Shown: piece after piece, positions 1 through 12,107 of the stretch
Position numbering within the stretch: the stretch's first letter is position 1
Layout: each line of letters opens with the position of its first letter
Source: Antechinus flavipes
Taxonomy: Eukaryota
Assembly: GCF_016432865.1 (NCBI RefSeq)
Contig: NC_067398.1
Span: 55,676,001 to 55,740,000 of the forward strand
Length of the DNA: 64,000 nucleotides
Reading direction: 5' to 3'
Translations under genes and position numbers: made by a program
The notes under the pieces: generated by a model
What the model was told of the DNA's origin: nothing
The model's database searches: none
Seen by the model: the letters and a program-made list of their open reading frames with translations, nothing else

Positions 1-72
1 CTTGCATATCATGGCATCACTTCCCTGATGTCATGGTGACCTTCAAGAACAAAGGACAAACAGCAACAGAAG
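1..72 (+). mobile_element. 3' tail of an RTE-type marsupial SINE (truncated by window edge)
   Basis: Ends TGATGTCATGGTGACCTTCAAGAACAAAGGACAAACAGCAACAG, resembling the RTE-dependent SINE tail; family name from recall only. Confidence 0.45.
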
Positions 73-319
73 AGCTGAATGTATTTCTTTTTTTCTCCTT
101 CTGGGATCCTTCAGTAAATATAATGAAATGCAGATGTGCTACCTAGATGCCCCCAGATACACAAATAGTTAATGAGTAATCAGAATTCCTGTTCTGTTCT
201 TCTGGGGGAGAGTTAAGGTTCAGCTGACCTTCAGTTGACCATTGAATCTATTTTCTATGGGACTAAGACATTGCCCTGGGGCAAGTACCTTGAGACCCTT
301 TCCTCAAATATAGGTCTGT

Positions 320-720
320 GACTGATATTTGCATATATGTATGTCTTTATGAAAGAAATCTTTATCACTTGTTTAATCACGACTTCATCTAACTATAAAG
401 CTGAAAGGTAATTTCCTTATTCTTCTTATTTATGATTTACTTTTTATATATCATAAATGCATCTGGAGCTTATCTTGCTGTCTGGTATGAAATGTTTGTC
501 TAAATCTATTTTCTGCCAGATTACTTTCCAGTTTTCTTATTCCCCCTCTCCTCCAAATAGTGAGACTTTCTTCTAAGTCTAGGGTCTTTGCATTTATCAA
601 AGACTATTTTACTTAGATTGTTTCCATGTGCTGCAATCCCCTGATTGAACTCTTTTCAACCAGCACCAAATTGTTTTAGTGATTATTCCTTTATAGTTCA
701 GTTTGACATTTTATACTATT
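320..720 (-). mobile_element. Old L1 ORF2 fragment
   Basis: Resembles antisense L1 ORF2 (e.g. ...CAACCAGCACCAAATTGTTTTAGTGATTATTCCTTTATAGTTCAGTTTG); boundaries approximate. Confidence 0.6.
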
Positions 721-967
721 AGGTAGAAAGAGACAGAGAAAGAGAGAACACAAGTATTGGAAAGAAGACTAGATAATTTTAAAAAAGAGAGAGAGAAAGA
801 ATACTTTATTTTATAGTTCAGTGAGAAGAATGGAATAATACTTTGTTAAAGGACTGTGAATGGACTTGAGGATCTCATTATAAGCATTCTTACTCATGAT
901 GAGGGCAGGGTATTGTTATAGGGATAAACTATTTTTAATGCACTTTGTGAACCTTAAAGCACTAGAG

Positions 968-971
<4 letters not shown>

Positions 972-1042
<71 letters not shown>
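972..1042. repeat. (GA)n microsatellite
   Basis: Uninterrupted GA dinucleotide run seen directly. Confidence 0.98.
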
Positions 1043-1044
<2 letters not shown>

Positions 1045-2094
1045 TGTATATAGTACTAGTTGTTATGAATACTGTTACTCGCCACTAATTTCTAGTCCCT
1101 CCATTCCTGTTCTTTTGATCTATAACCCATATTCTGGCTTCATTTTTCCTCTCTTATCAGTCTTGATCCTGCAATGGACCAATTGAGTTACATGCTCACA
1201 AATTTCCTCTTCTGAATCCCCTATCTCTTATTCTACTGCCATTTGGAATCTATCTCCATACTGGTTCACCCCCATCACCTACCTTTCCTGTTCTTCTCTC
1301 TTATCTTGAGAGAAAAATAATCACATCAACAACTCCCCATCTCCATCAGTGTTTAATGATGGCAGATTAACCTTCTGCCTCTGCCTGGCCAAAAGTTATC
1401 AAACTCAGCTAACTGCAGAGGAAATGTTTTTCTGTAGTAAGATGCTACAATATATCCAAACTCTGTTCAACTTATTTTCTAATAATTTCATTATTTAAAA
1501 CTCAGCTTAAAAATATACTCTGAACAAATTAATGAATAATTATTCTAAAATAATTTTGCATTAAAAATGAAATGAAACTTTCTTTGGAAATTCTGAAGCA
1601 TAATTTAAAGGAGGTGAACCACATAGAACAGGAAGGGCTATCATGGGGAAAGAGGGATTAAAATAGTTGTTCTTGGTTATATAGCTACAGAGTAAAGAAA
1701 ATTGGCACTAGAGTCAAGATCCAGAGTTTGAATTCTATCTCTGATTCTTATGCTCTGCATGAACTTAGTCAAATCACTTAGTATTGGTGGACCTCAGTTT
1801 CCTCATTTGTAGTTGATCTCAGAGATCCCTTCCATATTCAGATCACTGAAATTAGCACTAATCTATCCGATCCTAGACAAGACTTAGTCCTTCTTGTCCT
1901 CAATTTCCTCATCTGTTAAATGAGAGATTTTCGCTAAAAGGCCTTTGAGGTCTCTTCTCACTAACTATGCTCCTGTGGAAGATGACTAAATTCCTGATAC
2001 CAGTTTTCCATCTTTCCCTTCTAATTATTGTCAAGTTGGGGGTTCTGACTAATGATCAGGGTTCATTGATTCAATATTCAACTGCACTTAGAGG

Positions 2095-2240
2095 TGGTAT
2101 GCCAATGGATGGAGAGTCTACTTCCAAAGCTATAAGGAGGTTATTTTCCATTCATTGTAAGGATTAACTTTTTAACAATTAGGACTGTACAAAAGGAATG
2201 GCTTGTCATGGTAGTGAGCTCCCTATCACAAAAGGTAAGA
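2095..2240 (+). mobile_element. L3/CR1 3' fragment
   Basis: TAACTTTTTAACAATTAGGACTGTACAAAAGGAATGGCTTGTC...GTGAGCTCCCTATCAC matches the L3 3' end pattern. Confidence 0.6.
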
Positions 2241-2664
2241 AAAACACTGAATCCAAGGTTCTGCTGGAAGCCTGGACTACTGCCCTCAGCCAATCCTACC
2301 ATCTCATGACTTTAGTTAGGACTGCTCCAGAATATTGAGACATACAGGTCTCCTGATAAAGCCAAGAACCCCAAATTAGGGCAGGGTTCCAGGCCATTTA
2401 CATCTAAGGCAGATGGCAGGCTGGTAAATCATGGTGGATAAGCAGAGAGGGGATTCACTCCTTGCCATCAGGATCAAGCAAGAAGCAGGTTGGTCATCTG
2501 TTGCCAATCAGGCAGTATGGAGATCCACTCCTATGTTTATTTTCCTAGGGAATGTCAGAGAAAATCAATGGATTTTGCAATTAGCTATAGCTGGGGCCAG
2601 AGTCCAAAGTTAAGGTCCCCATATTGATGGGTCAGATTTAGTTTTCAAGGATATAACTGAGTCA

Positions 2665-2830
2665 AAAGTCAGTCACTTGACCTCTCTTTCAGCACTGGGC
2701 ACTTTATCTGTAAAATGGGGGTAAAAGTAGCATCTACTCTCAAATGAGTGTTGTAAGGATCAGATGCAATAACAAGTTAAATACTTTGCATACCATAAAA
2801 TGCTACATAAATGTTAGCTGCTATTATTCT
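2665..2830 (+). mobile_element. MIR SINE (core and tail)
   Basis: ATCTGTAAAATGGGGGTAAAAGTAGCATCTAC...GTTGTAAGGATCAGATG...AAATGTTAGCTGCTATTATT. Confidence 0.75.
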
Positions 2831-3829
2831 CAAAAGCTGGATTCAAATCTAGGTCCTCTGATTCTAGAGCTAGAACTCATTCCACTTGGTCATGTTACCT
2901 GCCCTCTTTTTCAACTTTTAAAATCTTCCTGGTTCCATCCTTGGGTTTTCTAAACTCAAGCAGGAATCCTGCCCTAACTCCAGACCCTGAAAGAAAAGAT
3001 TATTAGCTGTGTATGTACAAATGGCACACCTGTTCCACCCATCACCACCATGGACAAATCTGTTTTACAGTCTTATGATTAATTAGAATAAATGATTAAA
3101 ACCAGATGATTTTTAGAGATCATATAATTCAATCCCACTTCACAATGAGAAACAGACTTTAAAGGGAAATCTCTCACTGAAGATCACACAGCAAAGCCAA
3201 AATATGCTTTTTAATACACTACTCGAGGGCAATTTCTTTCTCTATGGCTTCTCACCAAGACAAACAAATGAAAAAAAAATCTCAGGAGAAAATCAGGATT
3301 TGAACTCTGGTCTCATCTTCAAAAGACAGATCCTAACAATTATTTCCCTTCCTATACTTTGGGTTTCTATTTTTCCCTTCTGATGAAAGGCAGTCTGATA
3401 TAATGGACAGAAAGCCAGCCTCAGAATTAGGAATGCCTGTACTCAAGTCACATACATATTGAGCTCAGGAACCCAGGTCAGTCCCCAAATCTCTCAGTGC
3501 CCCAAGATCTCTCTAACCAGATTGATAGAGAAAGTATCCACAATGGGAATTATAATCAATCACAGAATCTGGTCCAAAAAGACAGGAATATTACCAATGG
3601 CCCCTCCCACTTCCCAGTATGCTGATTAGACTCAGGAGAATCATTTCCCTGCCTCCCTTCAGGAGCATGTGATCGCTGTTGAGTAAAATATATTAAGAAT
3701 TCTAGTTTCTAAAGGTTCCATAAGAGGTGGTCCATTTGAATAAAGGCAGAAGAAACAAAGCTATAATTAACAATTTACCTTCAATAGTTCCCCACAGCTG
3801 GCAACTTAAAATTCTCGATTATTTAATCT

Positions 3830-4310
3830 GGAACTGAAAGCCTTCCACAACATTTTCCATGATACCTTTCCATCCTTCTCTTTTATTATTCCTCTTTATA
3901 CGCTCTGTAACCCAGTCAAAATGGACTACCATACTGTTCCATGAACATGTACAGTTGCTTTTTCCAACTCTCTACCTTCTCGGACTTGTACCTGAAATGC
4001 TCACCTGCCTCCTCTTCCTCACCCCCTCCAACTATTTAATTTCAGATAATATCTAATATCCCATTCCTCAAGACCTCACTCGAATTTCACCTCCCTTATC
4101 TTTCCAGTAAAATATTGACTTCTCCCTTTTCTGATGCCGAGGAACTGTAAAATCTCTCTTTTATTGTGTTGTCACACTTTTTACAAAAATTATGATTAAT
4201 GTCCTTGTTTTTTCTCTCTTATTGAACTACAAAGTTCCTAAGGTCAGGGCTCTGTATCCCCAAGAAATGTAATGCAGGATCCTCCACAGAAGCAGCATTC
4301 ATGAATGAAT
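3830..4310 (+). mobile_element. L2 3' fragment
   Basis: Pyrimidine-rich L2-like body ending AAAGTTCCTAAGGTCAGGGC...TTCATGAATGAATG. Confidence 0.6.
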
Positions 4311-6099
4311 GAGAATCAGACTTCCAGATTCCTTCCCTTAGTTAGGGGAGAACTCAGCAGAGCTAATTCAGTCCTTATTGGAACAGATGCCAAAGGTGGA
4401 GCCAACAACAAGGTGTCTCACCAGAGCTCTAAAGGAAGAAGTCTCTCCCTATCTCCCCCTCTACTTTTGCTGGCTCCAGATCCCACTTGGAAAGTGTAAT
4501 GTTTAATTCAGATCATCAGTCCTCATGATCTCCTTATAAGTTCTGCTCTGGGTAATTGAGATTTTCCCAGAAGATGGAAAATTTCTTCAATTGTTCAGAA
4601 AATTCTGGGCTTCCTGAAAGTTTGCATTTCTAACAAAAACTTTCAAACATCATTGGCTTTCCGGCCTACTTGTTGGAGACCATCCAGCTCTAAGACTTGG
4701 GGGGATATAAGGAAATTAATGATAAGGGCATCAGGGGAGATGAATGGGGATGGGAGTGAATGAGGGAAGGGAGAAGGAATGGGAAATGGAGATCAAGGAG
4801 AACAGCTTTACTGGCCCCTGGTGCTTGAAGATTGGAGAGACAGCCTCTCTTGACACATGGAAATCGTATAGCAGAAAAGCAAGCAAACAGGAAATGCACT
4901 CAACCACTAACATCCAACCTGATCTTCCACCTCAGAGTCACTTTACTTAAACCTTTGGGTACTTACATGTCTAATACAAGACAGGCCCCTTGAGACAGGG
5001 GTTCTGTTTAGTCATCTTCCACAGGAGCAGATTCTGACTTTTGACTCAGTTATATACTAGGGCTCTCTGGGGATTATTTTTAGACCATCCAACACAAAGT
5101 GAATGTTTAATAGACCTGCAAATGTGGGAGATGTGACTATAAAAGACAACATTGGTTGTTGGTGGGGGTTTTACTAATAACTCACACATCCAAATGGCAG
5201 CTATTCCTTTCAAATTCATCTTATTTTAATTCACTTATTTGAGGACCATTTGCAGGAATGTTGTCAACAGGATCCGTGGGCTGAGAAGGTGGACGCAAGG
5301 TAGTCACCTGGAGAGGCAACTGAACTCATTTCTATCCCAATGACATTGGGGGACCTCCCTCACTGGAAATGAGTCATGTGTTCTTGAGAATCTTTTCAGC
5401 ATTGAACATCCTCTGAAGATGGATTTAATTTATGGAATGGGAATAATCCCAGGTAATTTAGTGCCAAATCTGATTAGTAAAGTGGATATCACTATTATTA
5501 AGAGTAGGAATAGGGACTCATTTATTAAGGGAACTTCAGATGAGGAAACTTCCTTATTTCTCTCAATGCTGGTTGGCATTTTCTTGGCAACCTAGAGAAT
5601 CCTAGAGCTAAAAGAGGTTGTTAATTAACTTGCCCAGGACCACACACATCCTGTACTGAGACTTAAACGCAAGTCTTCCTATTTCTGAAGGCAGCTAACT
5701 ATCCACTTTGTCACCCTAATACTACTAGTAAATATACAACACCTTAAGACATGTAATGATATATTCTGTCTCATGTCTTCAGAATAATCCAGTGAGGCAG
5801 GTACTTTAAGTAGTATGGCATAATAGATGGAACACTGACCTTGCAGTCAGGAAGCCCGGTGTTCAGATTTACCTTAGATATTATATTCACTGACTCTAGA
5901 TCCATCTAGATCCACAAGACTGCCAGAGGCTCAAGTACTTAAGAGTACTTAAAGTGCTCTGTGAATTTTAAAGCTATGAAAAATGTGAGTTATTACCTCA
6001 ACTTTAGTGATGAGGAAACTGAGAAAGTTTCAGAGAAAGTTAGTGGCTTGCTTATGGTTCCATATGAAATCATACAAAGTCTGCATCCAGGTCTCCTGA

Positions 6100-6299
6100 T
6101 TTTAAATCCACGTTCTACCCATTCTCCCAAGATGCCTCCTGTCAAGCTGGGAACTAAGAACAAAATTCTTTCTAATGAAACTGGCCAAATTGAGAACACA
6201 TTTTAAATCCATGTTCTACCCATTCTCCCAAGATGCCTCTTGTCAAGCTAGAAACTAAGAGGAAAGTTCTTTCTAATAAAACTGGCCAAATTGAGAACA
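6100..6299. repeat. Two-copy tandem duplication, 101-bp period
   Basis: 6100-6198 and 6201-6299 differ at 8 of 99 positions by manual alignment. Confidence 0.95.
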
Positions 6300-7129
6300 G
6301 ATTGAGGGCAGGAGGATTCCATTCCATGAGTGGCAGGGACAGAGAGAATAATGTCTCACAAGAGGTTCTGCTCTTGGGAAAGTCACATTTCTGGTCAACA
6401 ACATGATCCTTGGGAAGGGGAAAAGCACTGTCAGGGTTGGGGTTGTGTGTGTCCTCTGGGTCACAGGACTAGGGAGTATTACAACTAATGAGGACTCTCT
6501 CATTACAACCTAAACTTCTACATTTCATAATGGAATTTATTCCATTCTTTAGTGAAACTATTTTGGTTAAAAACAACATATGAATACAAAAGAGATTGTT
6601 ATAGAATCATTCTTTCATAGGTAATGGATATGGAGCTGAATTTACATTAGAGGCCACTGAATCCAATCTCTCATTTTCCAGTTGCAGAAACTGACAAAGA
6701 AATTAAGTTGCCCAAGGTAACTAGGACTAGGAAATGTTTTAAGCAGAATTTGAATTCAGGTTTTCAACTCCAAATTTATCACCCAGTTCACTATCCCATT
6801 CTCTTGAGCTATTTCTAAATCAGTTTTGAAGGCAGTTTCCAAAGAAGAGTTCCAGCAATAGCAGCCTCACTGAAATAAGTTCATTACCTCCCTAGGGGAC
6901 TGCTCTGAATGGGTCAGAAATCATTTGGATGTATGAGGTCTGTTCTGTTTTAAAAAAAAAAAAGGAAAAAACAAAGCTGGTCACTTTGTCCTTTTAGTTA
7001 TTCTCTTCACGCTGTAATTCAAATCTGATTACCAAAGAGTCTCCTTGCAAATATTATTCAGGGACTTGCTTTCCATAAAGAGATACAGATGTTTTATAAT
7101 CAATGTGGGGAGCAGAATGGATTCAATGC

Positions 7130-8590
7130 AATGGTTATTTACTAAACATTTACTGTGTGCAAACTGGTTTGATCAATTCATGATGATATAGAGATAAACA
7201 TAAAGAGTCCTGTCTTCAAAAAGCTTACAATCTTCTAGCAGGAGAATAGAACAATAGCAGCTAAGGGAAGATTGCTAAAGCAATAGCACACTTCAAGGTT
7301 GTGGGGGGAGGACCCCGGGATCACAGATTCCAAAGCCGAATACTTTAGAATCACTGGTAGATTGTTAGGTCAAAAGCACCCCAAGGTCAGGGAGATCTCC
7401 CTACTACTGTCTTCCCTTGAAGCTATACTCCTTTCCACAATCACTGGAAGTTTGTAGAAGGGAGAATGATTTGTGCTTTAGGAAAATTATTTGGGCAGCT
7501 ATGAGAGATGAGGAGGGAGACTAGAAGCAGGAAAACAAATTCGGAAGCTTTTATAATAATGAAGTCAAGAGGAAGCAGGGATAAGAACTACAGGGATGTT
7601 ACTATGAATAGAGAACAAGGGAGGGGTGTGAGATGTTCTGGGAGTGAAACAAAGCTTAGAAATTCTTTTGATGTAGAGATGGAGTGAGGGAGAAGAGTCT
7701 GTGAATGATTGAGGTCACAAACATGGGGATTGGAAAGATGGTGGTTGCCTCCAGAGGAATAGTGAAATTGGGAGGAGATGGTGGTTTAGGGGGAAGAGGA
7801 ATTCAGTCTTGAATGCGTCACATTTGAGATACTGATAGAATATCTCAGAGGCATCAGGCAGGTATTTGGTAGATAAAGACCAGATTGACATGAAATCATC
7901 TACACAAACCTAATCACAGGGGAAAGAGAAAAGAATAAAGGTTTGTTGTGAAACTGAAAGTAGATTCATGAGCCAGTAAAGATGAAAGATTAATCAGAGA
8001 GGAGAAGGACATCGAAGTCAAGAGAGGAGAAACAATTCGTGAAATGGGTTTGTCAAAGTGTCCCAAACTGCAGAAATGCCAAAGACAAACAAAAGTTTCT
8101 GAACTTGAGTAAGAAAGAATCGGTTACCTTTCAGAGTGAAATTTCAATAGAAAGCCAGGGTGGGTAATCAGACTGCACAAGGATGGGAGGAAGTAAATGT
8201 AGATCTAGCTTTGTCAATGAAAAGAGATAGGATGATCATTTGAGCAGGTAGTGTGGTCAAAAGAAAGGTTCTGAAGTTTGTATAAGTGGGGATGGAGGAG
8301 ACCTAAATACAGTTATAGGGAATAGAGAAGGAGCTGCTAGATAGGATGAGGAAAAGGAGGGAATGGTGAGTATTGTAAACTCTTGGAAGAGATGGGAGGA
8401 GGAGGGATGGAGAATATAAACAGGTTAGCCTAGGCAAAAATGGCCACCACTCAGGGCTTTGAGGGTTATGACTAGTGTGAATAACTGTCTAATTACAGGT
8501 CAAGATTGAGAAGGTGGGAAAATTTTCCAGAACTGAATGGAAAGATCAGAGAAGATTGACGGGATGAGAGGTTACAATGAGAATGATGAT
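7130..8590 (-). mobile_element. L2 fragments (degraded)
   Basis: Antisense L2 3' end (AGTCCTGTCTTCAAAAAGCTTACAATC) followed by the purine-rich antisense L2 body; boundaries approximate. Confidence 0.6.
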
Positions 8591-9907
8591 TGTTCTTTAT
8601 CTAGGGAAGAAAAACCACATCACATCATTATTAATATTTAGAGACGGATCTACTATCTAACCACAGAGAGAATATAAAGGTACCATTTGGGAGCCGACCC
8701 TTGATTCCAAAAATCCTTGCAAAGAGTATTTCCCACAATGCTTTTAGCCATGTTGGAATAGGGAAATGTGGTTCTTCCCAAAGAGGAGCGCATTCATTTG
8801 GAAACCAAAAATTAATAGTGTTTATTAAGCAAATCAGTGACTTGGTAATCCCACCCAGTAAAGAGCTTGCAGGCATCTCCTTCTACACTTCCAGACAAAG
8901 CTCCAGGGCCTGAATTAGCCCAAATGCTGGTTTTAGACTTGGGTTTGGCCTCCTTGGCTTGGGATACTTTAGGGAGTCGCTCTACCTCCTAATCTGAGTC
9001 TTCTCATGAGTGATGAGGAAAGGAATGGCTAGTCTAGTCTTCTTCCCAAACTTCTGTAAGTGATCTCCAATCAAATAGCTTCTTCTTTATATTTCCAGCA
9101 CACTGATGATGAAATTCTTTAGATTTTTACAATTAAAAAATACTTCCTGAAGTGCTCTGAAATCCATTTTTTTTCACTTGATTCTTGTATCTTGTAAGGG
9201 TAATGACTTATTCAAGAATATGAACTCCTGGCTCCTAGCTTTGGTGATCTTTGTGGGACACTATCCTAAAATACCTGCCCTTAGAGCAGAATCTCTCAAC
9301 TTCAAGGCCTAGTTCATATGCTTGTTTCCCCCATTAAAGCTTTCCCTGATGACCTCAGCCAGGAGGGGATTCCTCATGATTTTTCCTTATTTATGTGATT
9401 GTCTTACTTCCTCCTTACCCCCATCAATCCCCAGCACCATAATTCTTTAAAGGGCAGATTGCTATTTTATTCATTCTATATCCCCCATAATGCATAGCTA
9501 TCACAGGGCCTCAGTCATAGTACATACTCAGCAAATACTTGAATGGATGGGAGAAGGTTATTAATAAAACAAGACATGGAGGAGAAAACTCCACTACAGA
9601 AAATCTGTAGCTGTCTTTGATCTGAATATAGTGTTATAGGTTATATTTGCATAATGCTTCACACAAACTTTTTAAAGAACATATCAAGTAATTATTATCA
9701 CTTCAGTTTAAAAATGAGTAAACTGATACTTAGAGAGCTAAAAATCATTGGTCCGGTGTCACAAGGCAAATTTTCTCCATTAACAGCTTAACAAATTTAA
9801 CTGAAGGCATGAACTGATACTTACAGCTGGACATTCTTCGATGAGATTGATTTTTCCCCCATGGAAAGACTAACTCTGGATAAGATAATTGCTTTGGGTC
9901 ATCAATG

Positions 9908-9913
9908 TTTATT
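9908..9913 (-). terminator. Poly(A) signal AATAAA, probable C3orf22 3' end
   Basis: First minus-strand AATAAA found downstream of the TGA at 10132-10134, about 220 nt away. Confidence 0.6.
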
Positions 9914-10131
9914 AGAATCACATAATTTCCAGTGGTTCTTTTAAAGACTGATTCAACAGATTGCTATTAATTGTCAAGGGCTTCAGACCACCAGTCCTCT
10001 CAGTTCCACTGGAAGGGAACTATTGGTCCATGATTGATAGTAACTAATATAAAAAGAGTTCTCTTGCCTGGATGGAGAGCTCCATTGTTGAACGCCTAGT
10101 GACCATGACTAAGAACTAGCAGAATGAGACA

Positions 10132-10387
10132 TCATGATGAGTGAACAATGGTTGAGGTTGGAAAGTTGATGTCGTTAAATTCCACCACCAAGTGTGGCCC
10201 ATAGATGCTCGGTGCCTCTGTATTGCCCATAAGCCACCCATACATGTGGTAGCCCAGCAATTCCTGCAGCCGGGCTTTTTGCTTTGGAAAGCGCGTGCTA
10301 AGTAACTTGTCCTCTAAAGGGCTTCTCAGAGGAGGGATGTAGGTGGTTCTTGAAGGAGGTATCATGGCAGCCACCAGAACATGATTC
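10132..10387 (-). CDS. C3orf22: C3orf22 ortholog, last coding exon
   Basis: Acceptor ...GCTGTCTTATCCAG|G in phase 2 matches the upstream exon donor. Encodes NHVLVAAMIPPSRTTYIPPLRSPLEDKLLSTRFPKQ...HSS*; PPLRSPLEDKLLSTRFPKQ aligns with recalled human PPLCNLWELKLLSRRFPRQ. Confidence 0.85.
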
Positions 10388-11581
10388 CTGGATAAGACAG
10401 CAAGCAGGGGAAATTCAGTTACCTTGACCCTCTAGGCCACCAAAGAGCCAGTAAGGGTGGAGATGGAGGTGGGGAAGGGATGACAGTTGGACTCAAGGAG
10501 CCCAATCCATTAGAAGTTATTCCAGAGATATAAGGGCTAGAGCATCCTGGTGCCATGGAAAATGTGCTGGATTTGGAATCAAAGGTTCAAATCCTGGCTG
10601 TTCCTTAAATATCTATATGGTTGTTAGGCAAATCTCTTAAAATTTCTCTGTACTTTAGTTTCCTCATCTGTGAAATGAGGAGATTAGACTGAGACAATAT
10701 GGTTTCTAAAGAGCCTCCCAGAACTATGGTTATGGAGCTATGATCCCTCTTGCTTACAGTCGCCAGGGAAATAGGGCACCTATTACCTTGTCAGACAACC
10801 TATTCTGTGATGGCACAGAAAGTTGTTCTTTATATTGAACCAAAGTCTATGTCATTTCCCCACCTCCTTGGCTCTAGTTCTTCCCCTTGGGAGATACACA
10901 AAATAAAATTCACAATACTTCTGTTAGATGGGGAGCATCAAGATTTGGAGCTAGAAGAGGTGGGTGGGGATCTAGTCTGAAGCCTAGAGAGAAATAAGTG
11001 ACATAATTCATGACAGAGCCTGGACCCCAGGTCAGTATTCCTCCCACCACATAACCCTATTGCAAATCTCTACTACTTTGTCCCATTCCCTGTCTCTGCA
11101 CTCAAAATTAAGCAGGACCCATGTTCAGTGACAAAGAGGGAGAAAAGACTCTCCTTACTATGTCCTGACCAACAGAGTTCTATTCAAGGGACCAAGAGTG
11201 AGAGGGGCTCAGGCCAAGCATAGAGGGGTTGGACCCATGATGGACACAGAAAAAGGGCAGAGTGGATAAATGACGAAGAATAGGGCACTATTTGGCCGGA
11301 GCCAATAAGCTTCCAAAGCCTCTGTGGGGCATCCTACTATGAGAGGCAATCTGTAAAAGGCCACCTTATTTATGCTGGGAGAGCTGGACTTGTGTACTTC
11401 CTATAGCACCATGAAATATGTCATCTGACCTCTGGCTAAAGGAGGCTCCTTTGGGTCACTGAGTGACCCTATGAATGGGAGGCTGTCATTTATGTGAGGG
11501 CCTTGGGGGACTAATATAATTAGTCCCTTTACCCTTTGTCTCAGTTTCTTCATTTGTAAATGAAGGACTTGGACTAAAATT

Positions 11582-11753
11582 CAAAGCTTCTTAAACTGTG
11601 GGTTTACACAATGGAATGAAGGCCATGGAATTTTGATTTATTATCAATAAATATTTGATTTATATGCCTATTTTACATACCTGTATACCCAGGTTTGCAT
11701 AGAAATCTCTTGGGAGAAAAGGGGTCATGAACCGAAATGCTTAAGAAGCCCTG
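11582..11753 (-). mobile_element. hAT-Charlie MITE (OposCharlie3-like)
   Basis: Imperfect TIRs CAAAGCTTCTTAAAC ... GCTTAAGAAGCCCTG about 170 bp apart; no clean TSD; family name from recall. Confidence 0.65.
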
Positions 11754-11885
11754 ATCACTAAATTTCTAAATTTATAGCCATCTCACACACCCTTGAAGAA
11801 ATTAATACATTTTAGTACAAAGCAGCCTCTGGCACATTGGGACATCATAAGACTCTTTTTTTATTCATCATAGACAAAGAGTCAT

Positions 11886-12107
11886 GGGTCACCACTCTTT
11901 GTGATCTCATTTGGGATTATCTATGACAATGGAATGGTTTTGCCATTTCCTTCTCCAATTCATTTTACAGATAAGGAAACTGAGGCAAACAGACTGGAGT
12001 GATTTGCCCAGGATCACACAGGTCAGATTTGAACTCAGGAAGATGAGTGAGCCTCCTTGACTGCAGACCTGGTACTCTGTGCACTATGGAGCCACACCTG
12101 GCTGCCC
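11886..12107 (-). mobile_element. MAR1-type CORE-SINE
   Basis: TTGCCATTTCCTTCTCC...TTTTACAGATAAGGAAACTGAGGCAAACAG...GATTTGAACTCAGGAAGATGAG...CCTGGCTGCCC. Confidence 0.8.

Noticed and set aside
896-1186. 96-aa ORF with an (RE)n tract
   Set aside because: Translation of the (GA)n microsatellite.
1-9900. CHST13 exons, expected next to C3orf22 from human synteny
   Set aside because: No long GC-rich ORF or sulfotransferase motif seen; the gene is presumably outside the window.
9890-10131. SECIS in the C3orf22 3' UTR that could recode the TGA at 30708-30710
   Set aside because: ATGA occurs at the stop codon, but no helix II, apical AA or matching GA could be built.
11453-11469. Perfect 17-bp palindrome GGGTCACT-G-AGTGACCC, ERE-like
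   Set aside because: Half-site spacer is 5 rather than 3, and about one such palindrome is expected by chance in 64 kb.
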